From Tubiluchus corallicola (lineage: Eukaryota; Animalia; Priapulida): a DNA stretch of 64,000 nt. Where the stretch lies: the NCBI GenBank assembly GCA_030141605.1, contig JAQGDQ010000093.1:1-64000 (forward strand), written 5' to 3'. Under the pieces are notes generated by a model. That model worked only from the letters and a program-made list of their open reading frames with translations. It ran no database searches and had not been told where the DNA came from. Position numbers and translations under genes: made by a program. Numbering within the stretch: position 1 is the first letter of the stretch; each line of letters opens with the position of its first letter. Positions 39,956 through 51,500 of this stretch are shown here, in pieces.

Positions 39956-40705
39956 ATGTCCGGACATAGTAAATGGTCAACAATAAAGAGAAAGAAAGGG
40001 GCTTTAGATGCAAAGAGGGGGAAGCTCTTTACCAGAATCCTTAAAGAGATTGCAGTATCTACTCGTGAAGGGGGTCCTGATATTGAATCAAATCCCCGTT
40101 TGAGACTTGCCGTTCAGAATGCTAAAGGTGCCAATATGCCTAAAGACAATATTGAGAGGGCAATTAAGAAGGCATCAGGGGCAGATGCGGAGAACTACGA
40201 GGAGTATACGTTTGAAGGCTATGCGTCTCATGGTATCGCTATTTTTGTAGAGTGCCTGTCTGACAATAATAATCGTGTTGTGTCGAACATAAGAGCTATT
40301 TTTAATAAATGTAACGGTTCTTTGGGTAAAAATGGCTCTCTGGAGTTTCTTTTCGACAGGAAGGGTGTATTTGAGATAAAGCCTGGGGATAAAGATATGG
40401 AGGAGCTGGAACTGGAGCTGATAGATTCCGGTGCGGAAGATATTGAAAATATGGGGGAGTTAATCTGTGTAACGTGTGTTATGGAAGATTTTGGCAATCT
40501 TAATAAAAAGCTTAATGAATTGGGGCTTGAGGTTGTAAATGGGGAGTTAAAGCGAATACCAAATGATACAAAGGCGCTGGATATTGAGCCGGCCAGGAAA
40601 GTATTGAAACTTGTAGATATGCTTGAGGAAGATGATGATGTTCAGAATGTTTTTCACAATCTTGAAATGACCAGTGAGTTGCAAGAATTGCTTGAGTCTG
40701 GATAA
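39956..40705 (+). CDS. yebC: YebC/PmpR family protein
   Basis: MSGHSKWSTIKRKKG, NPRLR, MPKDNIERAI, DDDVQNVFHN. Confidence 0.96.
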   Translation: MSGHSKWSTIKRKKGALDAKRGKLFTRILKEIAVSTREGGPDIESNPRLRLAVQNAKGANMPKDNIERAIKKASGADAENYEEYTFEGYASHGIAIFVECLSDNNNRVVSNIRAIFNKCNGSLGKNGSLEFLFDRKGVFEIKPGDKDMEELELELIDSGAEDIENMGELICVTCVMEDFGNLNKKLNELGLEVVNGELKRIPNDTKALDIEPARKVLKLVDMLEEDDDVQNVFHNLEMTSELQELLESG

Positions 40706-40749
40706 CAGGGATTAAAAAGTTTTTTATTGAAACTTAACACCAGTCTAAA

Positions 40750-41211
40750 ATGAAGTTCCTACTTTTTACAATAATGCTGATCTTTAGTTGCCTTCTGCCA
40801 TGCAAAACAGAGGCAAAACACAGTAATAGTGACTCCCCTTCAGCTGTAAGCATATCAAGTGCTTCAAACTTCTGGATGAGGATACGTATTAATGGAGATA
40901 AAAGGCTCAATACGTTGTTGCTATCTCACATTAAAATGAACCGTAGAAATCGAATAATAAATGGATTTAGGGTGCAAATATTTTTTGATTCAGGGAGTAA
41001 TGCAAGAAATAATGCAGAAAAGATAATGGCTGATTTCCTAGATGAATTTCCCGATATTAAAGCGTATGTGTTATATCAGGCACCTGATTTTAAGGTTCGT
41101 ATTGGAGATTTTAGGACTAAGAGTGAGGCGTTAAAACTTAAGAAGTCGCTTGAGCAAAAATACTCTGGCGCATTTATAGTTCCGGATAATATTGCTTTTC
41201 CTGAGCTTTAG
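40750..41211 (+). CDS. SPOR-domain peptidoglycan-binding protein
   Basis: Signal peptide; GFRVQIF...P.FKVRIGDFRTK.EA. Confidence 0.88.
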   Translation: MKFLLFTIMLIFSCLLPCKTEAKHSNSDSPSAVSISSASNFWMRIRINGDKRLNTLLLSHIKMNRRNRIINGFRVQIFFDSGSNARNNAEKIMADFLDEFPDIKAYVLYQAPDFKVRIGDFRTKSEALKLKKSLEQKYSGAFIVPDNIAFPEL

Positions 41212-41230
41212 TGTAAATAAGCATTTTCAG

Positions 41231-41255
41231 GGGGAACGAACGTTCCCCTTTATTT
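41231..41255 (+). terminator. Possible terminator before purF
   Basis: GGGGAAC-GAAC-GTTCCCC followed by TTTATTT. Confidence 0.5.
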
Positions 41256-41262
41256 ATAATAT

Positions 41263-43167
41263 ATGAGTGAGTTGATTAAACATGAGTGTGGGATAGCCTT
41301 TATAAGGTTACTTAAGCCTCTCGAGTATTACAAGTCAAAATATGGAACCTGGCGATATGGTGTGAATAAGCTCTATCTGCTTATGGAGAAACAGCATAAT
41401 AGAGGGCAGGATGGAGCAGGAGTTGTAGGAGTAAAAATAGATATGTCAGCAGGGCGGGAGTATATACATAGAAAACGCTCTGTAGGGCTAAACTCATTTA
41501 AGAATGTTTTCGACGAAATATTTGAAGGCTTCAATAATGCTGATGAGAAGTTTCCCAAGAAATCTCTTGACCCGATTTGGGCAAAAAACAACTTGTCATT
41601 TGCAGGAGAGTTGTATCTGGGTCATCTGAGATATGGTACTTTTGGGCAAAGCAATATTAAACTTGTCCATCCTGTAATGCGGCAAAACAACTGGCGTTCA
41701 AAAAACCTTGTACTTGCGGGTAACTTTAATCTGACAAATGTTGATGAGCTATTCGATGTCTTGGTGGAGCTGGGACAACATCCCAAAGCATATGCCGATA
41801 CTGTTACAATGCTCGAGAAAGTGGGACATTTCCTTGACGAAGAGAATGAAATGTTGTTCAGACATTACAAAGATAAAGCTTACGGGAATAAAGAGATATC
41901 GCCGAAGATTGAAGAAAAACTGGACATAAGAAAAGTTCTCGAGCGTGCCAGCCGCGATTGGGATGGAGGCTATGTGATGGGAGGGATTATTGGGCATGGC
42001 GATGCTTTTGTTATCCGGGATCCATGGGGTATTCGCCCTGCATTCTATTATGTAGACGATGAAGTGGTGGTGGTAGCATCAGAGCGCCCTGTTATTCAAA
42101 CAGCAATGAGTGTTCCGTGGGATAGCGTTCACGAAGTGAACCCAGGGCATGCTATTATCGTTAAAAAAAGCGGAGAAGTAAAACATGAAATAGTGAGGGA
42201 GCCACAAGAGCGCAAGTCCTGCTCTTTTGAAAGAATATATTTTTCCAGGGGTTCCGACAGGGACATATACTTTGAACGAAAAAGCCTGGGACGTCTGCTT
42301 GCTCCAGCTATCATGGATGTTGTAGGCAACGATATGAAGAATACCATATTTTCATATATTCCCAATACAGCTGAAACAGCTTTTTCAGGAATGATGGAGG
42401 GCATTCGTGAACTGCTGATGGAGAAGAAAAAAGAACAAATAAGCGCGCTGGGGAGCAAACTCACTAAGGAGGCAATAGGGAAAATAATGGCTGTTGAACC
42501 AAGGGTTGAGAAGATAGCAATAAAAGATGTTAAAATGAGAACATTTATTGCAGATGACTCCAGCCGTGAAGACCTGGTAGGACATGTTTATGATGTTACA
42601 TACGGGGTGGTGAATAGCAATATAGATACGCTTGTTGTTATTGATGATTCTATTGTGCGTGGGACAACATTAAAAAACAGCATACTTCGAATACTGGACA
42701 GGCTAGACCCTAAAGAGATCATAATTGTATCTTCTGCACCTCAGATCAGGTATCCCGACTGCTATGGCATTGATATGGCCGAGCTGAATAAGTTTGTCGC
42801 TTTTAAAGCCGCTATTGAGTTGTTGAAAAATAGCAATAAGGAGCATATAATTGAAGAGGTTTACAGGAAAAGCAAAAAGCAACAGCAACACACTTCTAAA
42901 AAGGAGATTGTTAATTATGTGAAAGAGATATATGAGCCATTCACCGATGAGCAGATATCTGATAAAATTGCTGAGATACTAAAACCAACAAGCTGCAGGG
43001 CAAGTGTAAAAATAGTTTATCAGTCTGTTGCACATCTACATAAGGCATGCCCTAATGATCTGGGTGACTGGTACTTTACCGGCGACTACCCCACCCCTGG
43101 AGGGAATAAGGTTGTCAACACTTCATTTATAAATTTTATAGAGGGCGTAAAAGGGCGGGCGTATTAG
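41263..43167 (+). CDS. purF: Amidophosphoribosyltransferase (Bacteroidota long type)
   Basis: HECG N-terminus, QHNRGQDGAG, GHLRYGT, CSFERIYF, VVIDDSIVRGTT, YGIDM. Confidence 0.93.
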   Translation: MSELIKHECGIAFIRLLKPLEYYKSKYGTWRYGVNKLYLLMEKQHNRGQDGAGVVGVKIDMSAGREYIHRKRSVGLNSFKNVFDEIFEGFNNADEKFPKKSLDPIWAKNNLSFAGELYLGHLRYGTFGQSNIKLVHPVMRQNNWRSKNLVLAGNFNLTNVDELFDVLVELGQHPKAYADTVTMLEKVGHFLDEENEMLFRHYKDKAYGNKEISPKIEEKLDIRKVLERASRDWDGGYVMGGIIGHGDAFVIRDPWGIRPAFYYVDDEVVVVASERPVIQTAMSVPWDSVHEVNPGHAIIVKKSGEVKHEIVREPQERKSCSFERIYFSRGSDRDIYFERKSLGRLLAPAIMDVVGNDMKNTIFSYIPNTAETAFSGMMEGIRELLMEKKKEQISALGSKLTKEAIGKIMAVEPRVEKIAIKDVKMRTFIADDSSREDLVGHVYDVTYGVVNSNIDTLVVIDDSIVRGTTLKNSILRILDRLDPKEIIIVSSAPQIRYPDCYGIDMAELNKFVAFKAAIELLKNSNKEHIIEEVYRKSKKQQQHTSKKEIVNYVKEIYEPFTDEQISDKIAEILKPTSCRASVKIVYQSVAHLHKACPNDLGDWYFTGDYPTPGGNKVVNTSFINFIEGVKGRAY

Positions 43168-43269
43168 CATAATAAGACAAGCAGGCTCCGAAATAAGATT
43201 TTTGCGAAACGTTTTTGACAGACGAAAAAGGATTTACCCAATTAAAAAGAGACGCTTTCCTATCCTAGA

Positions 43270-44922
43270 TTATTTAAAATTCAGCACCTTCAGTACTATC
43301 GCTGTACGTGCAGGCAGATACAGTTTTAAATAGTGTGTGTTATGCTCTTTTTTTGATGGAAGCGTACAGTACTCCATAGTGTCATCTATCCTGTTTTGCC
43401 CACCATAGGCATTAGCATCTGTATGTAAGACAATTTTATATTTTGAGGCGGGCAGCTCTATTCCATACCCTTCGAACGAGTTGACCGGATTGAAATTGAA
43501 GACAAAGAGAAATCCTCCCCTGGTATATGCCAGCACCTGATCTGCATTATTTTCGAAAACCAGTCTTGCTTTTGGTCTGCTAATGATATGCTCCTTATTG
43601 ATAAATTCAATCATATCATGATCAAAGTCCTGAAGCCAGTGGTAGCACAATTCAGGATCGTTGGAAACGCTCCATATCCGTCGGGCGTACTGGTACGACC
43701 AGTTGTTTCCCTGGCGCGGGAAGTCAACCCATTCTGGATGCCCAAACTCATTTCCCATAAAGTTGAGATATCCCCCTCCTGCACAAGTAGCTGTTATCAG
43801 CCTTATCATTTTATGAAGTGCTATTCCTCTGTTAACTAATAAACTAGTTTGATCTTTGCGCATATTGGAATACATCTCCTTATCAATCAACCTAAAGATA
43901 ATAGTCTTGTCTCCAACAAGGGCCTGGTCATGGCTCTCTACATAACTTATCACTTTCTCTTCCTCACGGTGGGATGTAAGTTCATAAAACATCTTGCTAA
44001 TGTTCCACTCCTCATCGCTGGATTCTTTAATAAGCTTAATCCAGTAATCAGGTACCCCCATTGCCATTCTGTAGTCGAACCCTATTCCGTCATCCTCTAC
44101 CCGGGCTGCAAGCCCTGGTAGTCCGCTCATCTCTTCTGCAATAGTTATTGCATCAGGGTTTATCTGATGTATAAGCTTATTTGCCAGCATACAATATATT
44201 ACAGCGCTTATGTCCAGATTATGAGAAAAATAATCATCGTATGAAGTGAAATTTTTCCCTAGTCCGTGGTCGAGATAGAGCATGCTTGTTACTCCATCAA
44301 AGCGAAATCCATCAAAGTGAAACTCTTCTAGCCAATACCTAAGATTGGAAAGGAGAAAGTGCAGAACCTCATTCTTCTCGTAATTGAAGCAATAAGAGTC
44401 CCAAGCTGCATGCTCGCCACGGGAACCTTCGTGAAAAAACTGATATCGAGTTCCGTTATAATTTCCTAGCCCTTCAATCTCATTTTTTATTGCATGAGAG
44501 TGAACAATATCCATTACTACAGCCAGCCCCATTCCATGCGCTTCATCAATTAACGCTTTTAACTCATCAGGTGTGCCAAAACGGGATGAAGGGGCAAAAA
44601 AACATGAAACGTGATAACCGAAACTACCATAATAGGGGTGTTCATGAATGGCCATCAACTGTATAGTGTTGTAGCCGGCCTTTTTTATCCTGGGGAGCAT
44701 GAGTTCCCTGAATTCATTATAGGTGTGGACACGATGCTCTTCTCCTGCCATACCTACGTGGGCTTCATATATAACGGGGGCTGAACTGCTACGTCTAAAC
44801 CCGCTGTTTTTCCACTGGTACTGTTTTTGGGGGCTCCAAACCTCTGCATTAAATATTAGTGTGTCTTTATCCTGAGTAGTATATCTGCTCCAGGCTGGCA
44901 CTCTCTTCCCCTTTATCCCTGA
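43270..44922 (-). pseudogene. glgB: 1,4-alpha-glucan branching enzyme (GH13), lacking its N-terminus at the bacterium/animal junction
   Basis: IYEAHVGM, YYGSFGYHV, GFRFDGVTSM, AEEMSG, ESHDQ; homology starts at GIKGKRVPAW; upstream codons come from a CT-rich repeat. Confidence 0.88.
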
Positions 44923-44995
44923 GAGAAGAGCTAGCAGAGGAGTGGAGAAAAGGAAGAGAACAGAGAAGAGGAGAGCAGAAGAGAGAGGAGCAGAG
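44923..44995 (+). repeat. GA-rich low-complexity tract at the junction
   Basis: GAGAAGAG/GAGCAGAG units; similar tract at 46105-46255. Confidence 0.85.
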
Positions 44996-45577
44996 TCTTG
45001 CATCCAACCTGCAAAGCGTCTAAGTTTGACCTACATTAAAGTGCTCTAGAGATTTTAATGATTATATCATTCAGACGCTAAGACATTACATTAATTTTAA
45101 GAAGACTTTGACCCAGTGACGGCTTATGTATAGGTACTGTGGAACTGCAGCACCCCCTATTTTCACTCATTATTGTCGATAATATTCAGTATAAGTCTTT
45201 TTTCTTTAGTTCTTTCTTTATACTTATATGGAACCGGAGCACGTGAGGGCAGTACTGTTTGCTTCACAGCTCAAGCAACGTGGTGTTTGGCTGTTGTGCG
45301 CATGCGGCCTTGCGCATATGTCTGAGATAAGCCCTGTGCTAGCGTCTGCTGCTAGGTAGAAAAGTACTGTGTCTATCACAGTAACAATTGCCACGTGTTT
45401 ACCATCTACCGTCATATTGTTGGATGTGATAAGGTGTAAACTTAGTGTGTGTAGTTAAAACATACATTATTTAAAACAGCAATTCTGGGTGGTTTTCCCT
45501 TCTTTACCTTCTCTAAAATGCCAATTTATAAATAGTCAGTAGAATACTTATTACAATTCCAATATAAGGTATATATT

Positions 45578-45611
<34 letters not shown>

Positions 45612-45612
45612 A

Positions 45613-45975
45613 GCTTGCATAGCAAAATCATCCATAAGACGTCAATTAAGCTTTTCTAGTTATTCACATATCCTGAATCTCCATTTCATGAGCATCGTCT
45701 TGAAACCAAGCTCATTGCTCTATGATTTTCTAAGCTGAGATAATCTACATTAGCAAGAGAAATGAGTACAGGGTTAAAAATCTGATTTTTAGTATTTTTG
45801 AACATTTTTTTGACAATTTGATGCTAGAATATGAAAGTCCAATTTATTTGGCGTTTGTTTTTACAAAAAAACATAAAATTGACATTTGACCAAATTTTTG
45901 GTGCATTCTACTTTGAAGCATCATAACCTAGTTTTGAGTATGCCGACTTATGGACGGTTTGGTTTGAAAGCGCAC
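45613..45975 (-). mobile_element. Internally deleted copy of MITE family A
   Basis: Both ends match 50573-51240 in reverse orientation. Confidence 0.75.
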
Positions 45976-46361
45976 GCACGCACACACACACACATATATA
46001 TGCCAGTACCATACAACATAACCAGCACAGCACAATGTAGCGTAACACAACATAACATAGCACAATGCAACACAAGATAACTCAATTCAACTTAACACAA
46101 CATGGATGAGGAGAGGGGAGGAGAATAGCAGAGCAAAGCAGAGAAAAGAAGCAGAGAGATGAGAACAAGATGAAGAAAAGAGGAGATATGAGAAGAGAGG
46201 AGAAGAAAAGAGAGAAGTGGAAAGGACAGCAGGGAAGAAAGCAGAGGAGGAAGAAATGTATATATAAGTAACTGCTTCTTGTAATTAATGAACTAAACAG
46301 TAATTTAATTATTGGCCTAAAAAAGCAAAATAGAAAGTAAAATATATAAAATAAAAAGTCA

Positions 46362-46362
<1 letters not shown>

Positions 46363-46448
<86 letters not shown>
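46363..46448. repeat. (TA)n microsatellite
   Basis: About 43 perfect units; shorter (TA)n at ~45570-45611. Confidence 0.97.
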
Positions 46449-46453
<5 letters not shown>

Positions 46454-47098
46454 TTTTTTATGCCAATAATTAAATTAGTATTTTGTTCGTTAATTACAGA
46501 AAAACAGTTGCTCAACTTTTTGATTGTAATTTAAAGTGAGGAATAATTCTCCATACCAAACTGATAGATCCTGTGTTTATAGTTTATTTGCAATTCTGCA
46601 CAGTTTTACTGGGCTGAAATTCGGGCTTCCATTCAGTAATTTATTTGTTAATTATTTTTACTTGGAATCTAACAAGATGGATAACCTTTAATATTATCAC
46701 CAAAAAACACTGATGAATTTTCATAATTTCTTTATAATTTGTGTAATTTTTCTGCTTATCCACTAAACTAAATAGAGAATTGTCTAACATTGTTACCAAC
46801 AATTACAAAAGGTACAACTTAGTAATTGGTAAATTACCCTTCAATACATACAATTTTAATACAGTATGTAAAAAAACATACAAATAGCAATAATAATGCC
46901 GTACACGTTATTACATGTCGCCTTGTAAGGCATTATTAATGATAAAGTTGAAACTCTTTGGCAGAGTAATTCATTCACTTATACAAGCACTATAGCATAT
47001 CCCAGTTCCCAAAGTTTCTAACAGATGGCGCACGTTTGCTTCTCTAATCTCAAGTTACATAATATTTTTAATGGGGAAGGAAACGGAATTTTATGGTA

Positions 47099-47485
47099 CA
47101 CTCATATCTCGGTTTGTCAATTGTCCGTGTTCACTGATACTAAGCTAATACAGCATGCACCGTGTATTAGACTCGCGGTAATGTAGAACCAATCGCCTAA
47201 TTGTCTCAAAAACGTCTAGTACGGACCGCTTATATACAAAAGTATATGATATGTTAATAATAACGTTATCAATATATAAAAACTGTTGGTAATTGACTCT
47301 TTATTTTTATACATAGACGTTGCACTGACGTAAAGATGTAATCAAAGTGACGGCCCGCCAACTAGCTGTCAGCTCGCGAAACAACTAACTGTATCTGTAA
47401 TATGCGTGACTTTTTAACAGTCCAGATTTTCTCCGATTTTTCCGATATCCGTAAAAACGAGGTCTGGTGAACCGAGATACGAGTG
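47099..47485. mobile_element. MITE family B, Tc1/mariner-type ends
   Basis: TIR CACTCRTATCTCGGTT with TA on both sides; inverted second copy at 60770-61186. Confidence 0.8.
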
Positions 47486-48513
47486 TATTTAATTAGACAA
47501 GAAAATTCTTAATTTAAAATGTTTGCGCCACCTGACTGCACAGCCACCCCAGTGTGCACTGCCGTTTCACATTAAACTTATTGACAAGATTCAGTAATTT
47601 AAACTTTTCCTTACTTAGTAAAGTATGTGCTACGAATGCTCTGATTATTTTTTCGAAACTTTACATAATAATATTGCCTGAACTCATTGCAGACGATCTT
47701 CTTTCAAAATGGCAGCGTCCAACTGTCATCGTGGGAGTTTAAACAAATTTTCAGTTTGCTGATATACAAGTTATGTGTGCAATAAGACAACATGTAAGTG
47801 AAACAAAACTTCAAGATGACAAGCTTTAAAATTTTTTATTACTTTATAGCAATTTTATGCACATATCGTGCTTGCATTGAAAGAAATCTTTTTGTTTGTT
47901 TTCATTTTAAATCTCCCGCAATACTGTACGAAGTCGCCATTACACGACGTCACTACGCAAACGTAAATCAGGAGCAGAAAAGGAAATGTTAAACTATGTC
48001 CCAAAAAGCTTTCTATGCAAATCTGTATTTCGCTTACCTGCTGCAAAGACTTATGTAACTAGAAAAGAAAATTTTTTATTATTTAAAATGTTTTTGCCAA
48101 TTGGTAAAATGTCGCTGACTCATCCTCTAGGGTGCGCAGCTCACTAGCCAAAAAATGTATTTTTAATATTATTGGCAAGATACAGTAATTTTAAATTTTA
48201 TTCATTTAGCGACGTGTGCACTATGAATGCTGATTATTTTTTCAAAGTTTACACAATGTTATCTAAACTTGTTTCAAATGACTGATCGTCAAAATGGCAG
48301 TGCCTAACGGTCACCACGGGAGTTTAAATTTACATGTTTTACACAGAGTTACTGCCGACACAAGCTTTGTATGCAAAAGTGCAGTACGTAAGTGGTATAA
48401 AATTTCAAGACAAATTTTTCAGGCTTTTTGTAAGTGGAGGGCTTTCTTGTGTTTTAAGTATATAAAAAAACTTGATACACATAATTGACATAACGATAAA
48501 ACAAAGATACAAA

Positions 48514-51500
48514 TTATAACACTATGCTGTACGAATCACCCTCGTCACCACCATCATCGTCTTCACCTGCACCACGGCTGTTGTTGCTCGTTTTATCGCT
48601 GGTATTATCGACATCATCCAGGGGCAGTTCCTGGAAGAACAAAACTTTCTTAGGAAAAACGAGTTCGCAATATAAAAGCCCATGCCTAGCATCAAAGGTA
48701 GTTTGCGGCAGGACCAGTACCAAACTCACTGTTAATCCTCTAGAATGAGGAACTGATCCAGCAGCGGTGTCTTACCTATGTGTGAAAGCTCCTCCTTGAA
48801 TATAATGAGCAGCCAGAAGAGGTACAGTGGATGATCAACTGGCAGATTTTCCGCCCAGCCATTTACTGACTAGGCTTGGCACTGCTTGACTTTGGTTGTT
48901 AAGTAAATGTTGTAACCAATAAGCTGCCCACCTTGCTTTGAGAAACAATTCAGTCTTGAAAAATCATGTACAAATAGCTAAACAATATTAATTATATTCG
49001 TTTTACGCAGAATAGCATTGTCCTTTAAACTTTGACTAGTAATTTCAAATAGAAATACAGTCAACCTCGGGTATAAGATACTTGCTTATAAGGGACCACC
49101 AACACCGGTCCCGATTTTTCGTAATGTTTTTCCTATGTAAAAATCTTAATATATAAGGTACTCAGACATAAGGGAGTTTCGGGTATAAGAGACGATATCT
49201 TCAGGTCCCTCGTAATAGAAACCCAGGTAAATTACCTCGCATATAAGGGACCCTATGATCAAAGTGAAATTGATGGATTTTTAACCTCAATTTTTCGCAA
49301 ACTCCGTTTCCGCGGTCACATACATCTCGCATCACTGAAGGAGCTTCCTACATACCGTTTAGCAATAATCCATAAAAATATAGGTAAAACTGCAGAAAAG
49401 TACAGGTCTAAATAGACCACTCGGTCTGACTCAAGGGACATCGTATATAAGGGACGGTTTTTTTCGGTCCCTAAGTGTCCTTTATATCCAAGGTTGACTG
49501 TAGTTCTTTTGAGTTTAACATTACCAGTTCTTTTTGTTTTTGTTAGATACTTGCATACTAAGATCAGCAAATCGCTTAAAATAAAAAATAAAATGAAATA
49601 AACCTGAAAAAATAAAACAAGCGAACATGTACAAATGCGAAAGATATTTTTAACACTCACCAAATCACTGTCGTCATCGCCGGGCAGCTCGGAAACATCA
49701 GCTGCAGCTTCATCGTCATCCGAGTTTGCAGCCGCTTGTGACAGAATTTCAGTTCCCTATGAAAAAATAATTAACAGCCCATGTATGGTTTCGAACTCAC
49801 TTCCATGACTCTATATACCTTTCAATCCAAGCTACTGGAGCTGAGTGTACATCTAAGATATTGCGAGTGTCAGCCCATAAAAAAGGATCAATGCAACACA
49901 GTTTGACATGGTGCTGTTCTAAAAATATGATACTATTAGCCTCAGATTTATAATTATCTACAATTGAAAATTATTTAATATATAAAATGTAATTTTTTAA
50001 CATAAATGCGATTTAAAGAAGTCATGATTATGTCAAAGTAACACAAATACAGTAATTCAGTAGTTTAAAGTGCTTAATGTGATTTATTAATGTAGGAAAG
50101 CCCTATAACAACCGTAACATGTTTTAAACAAAACAAATTGATATTTTCTACCACCTCGAGCCTCCCGTTATTCCCGCTAGATGGCCCTAATGCAACCACG
50201 TTTCCATACAATCATGCAAGCCTTAGTTAAAACACAAATTTCATTACCTTCATTATTGAAAAATTGTATTAAAAGTAATTTACCTGTAGATTTCTGTTTT
50301 TCAAATTTCCCAGCCAGAAGGCGTCGGTGCAGTTATTGGCAATCAGCATTCGTTTGACAATGCAGACAAACTGTTCTAAACTCTTCTTGACCAGAGGTGT
50401 GTGGTTTGTCAGAGTCACGTCCTTCGCAACCTGTTAAATATACTTCAGCCATTAAAATGCCTACTTAACACTGCACGCCACATATACTACAGTTGCTCTG
50501 CATTTTATTAGCACTTTCTTTGTAAATACAAGAGAGCGAAAACCAATTCATCGAGGAACAAGTTAGCAAATGTGTGTGCTTGCAAACCAAAACCGTCGAT
50601 AAGTTGGCATAGTTAAAACTACGTACGATGCTTGAAAGTAAAATGACCCAAATATATGGTCAAACTTCAATTTTTCGTATTTTACAAAAACCAACGCTAA
50701 ACATATTGGACGTTTATATTCTAGCATCAAAGTATCAAGAAAGTGTTAAAAAACACTCAACTTTCTAACTGCTTACCCACTTTTCTGTCTAGAAACTAGT
50801 ACTGCAATTGTACAAAACTTGTATTTTTTAAACTACAATAGTCACTTGTGGAAGCAGTTATTTTGCTTCGAGTTTTTCTGTTGCCAAGCCCAGATCTTCG
50901 TCAGTAAGAGCCATCAACTGGATTTAAACAAAGTCCATAGCATGGATTTGCAGTCCAAAATCCATGGATTTTGCAAAGTCCATAGCAACCAACAGTTGTG
51001 CTGTTGCTAAGTGTCTTGTAGGAACGTGACAAAAAACAATGGCTGACTTTAATAGAGGCTTTCTCAAGACAATGTTTTTCAGAGTGCAGCCTGCACCTCA
51101 ACTTCAACGTGGATTATCTCAGCTTAGAAATAACATAGAGCAATGCTTGGTATCAAAATGATCCTCATGAAATGGAGATTCAGGATATGAGAATAACTAG
51201 AAAAGCTGACTTATGGACGATTTTGCTATGCAAGCACACATATAATGCCTTTCCATCACAAAGGGTTCGTTGTAAACAGTTAAAGACATATCCCAACAAT
51301 ATTAGCTGAAAAACACAGGAACAAACAATTGTAATCAGCTATTCAATAAATAAGATAAAAGCTAATTGTTATATGACAGAAGACACCGAAAAAACTGTAA
51401 CCAGTCTACAATAAACCAACCAGACACGCAAACCAACGAGTAATTCACCAACGAAGCAACCGATTAACCAACCAGCCAACCAACCAAACATCAACTAACG

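Noticed and set aside
43270-45003. Host (eukaryotic) GBE1, or a full-length secreted branching enzyme
   Set aside because: Intronless, convergent with bacterial purF and missing the N-terminal domain; the apparent signal peptide derives from a CT-rich repeat
46309-46515. Poly-(YI) ORF
   Set aside because: (TA)n microsatellite
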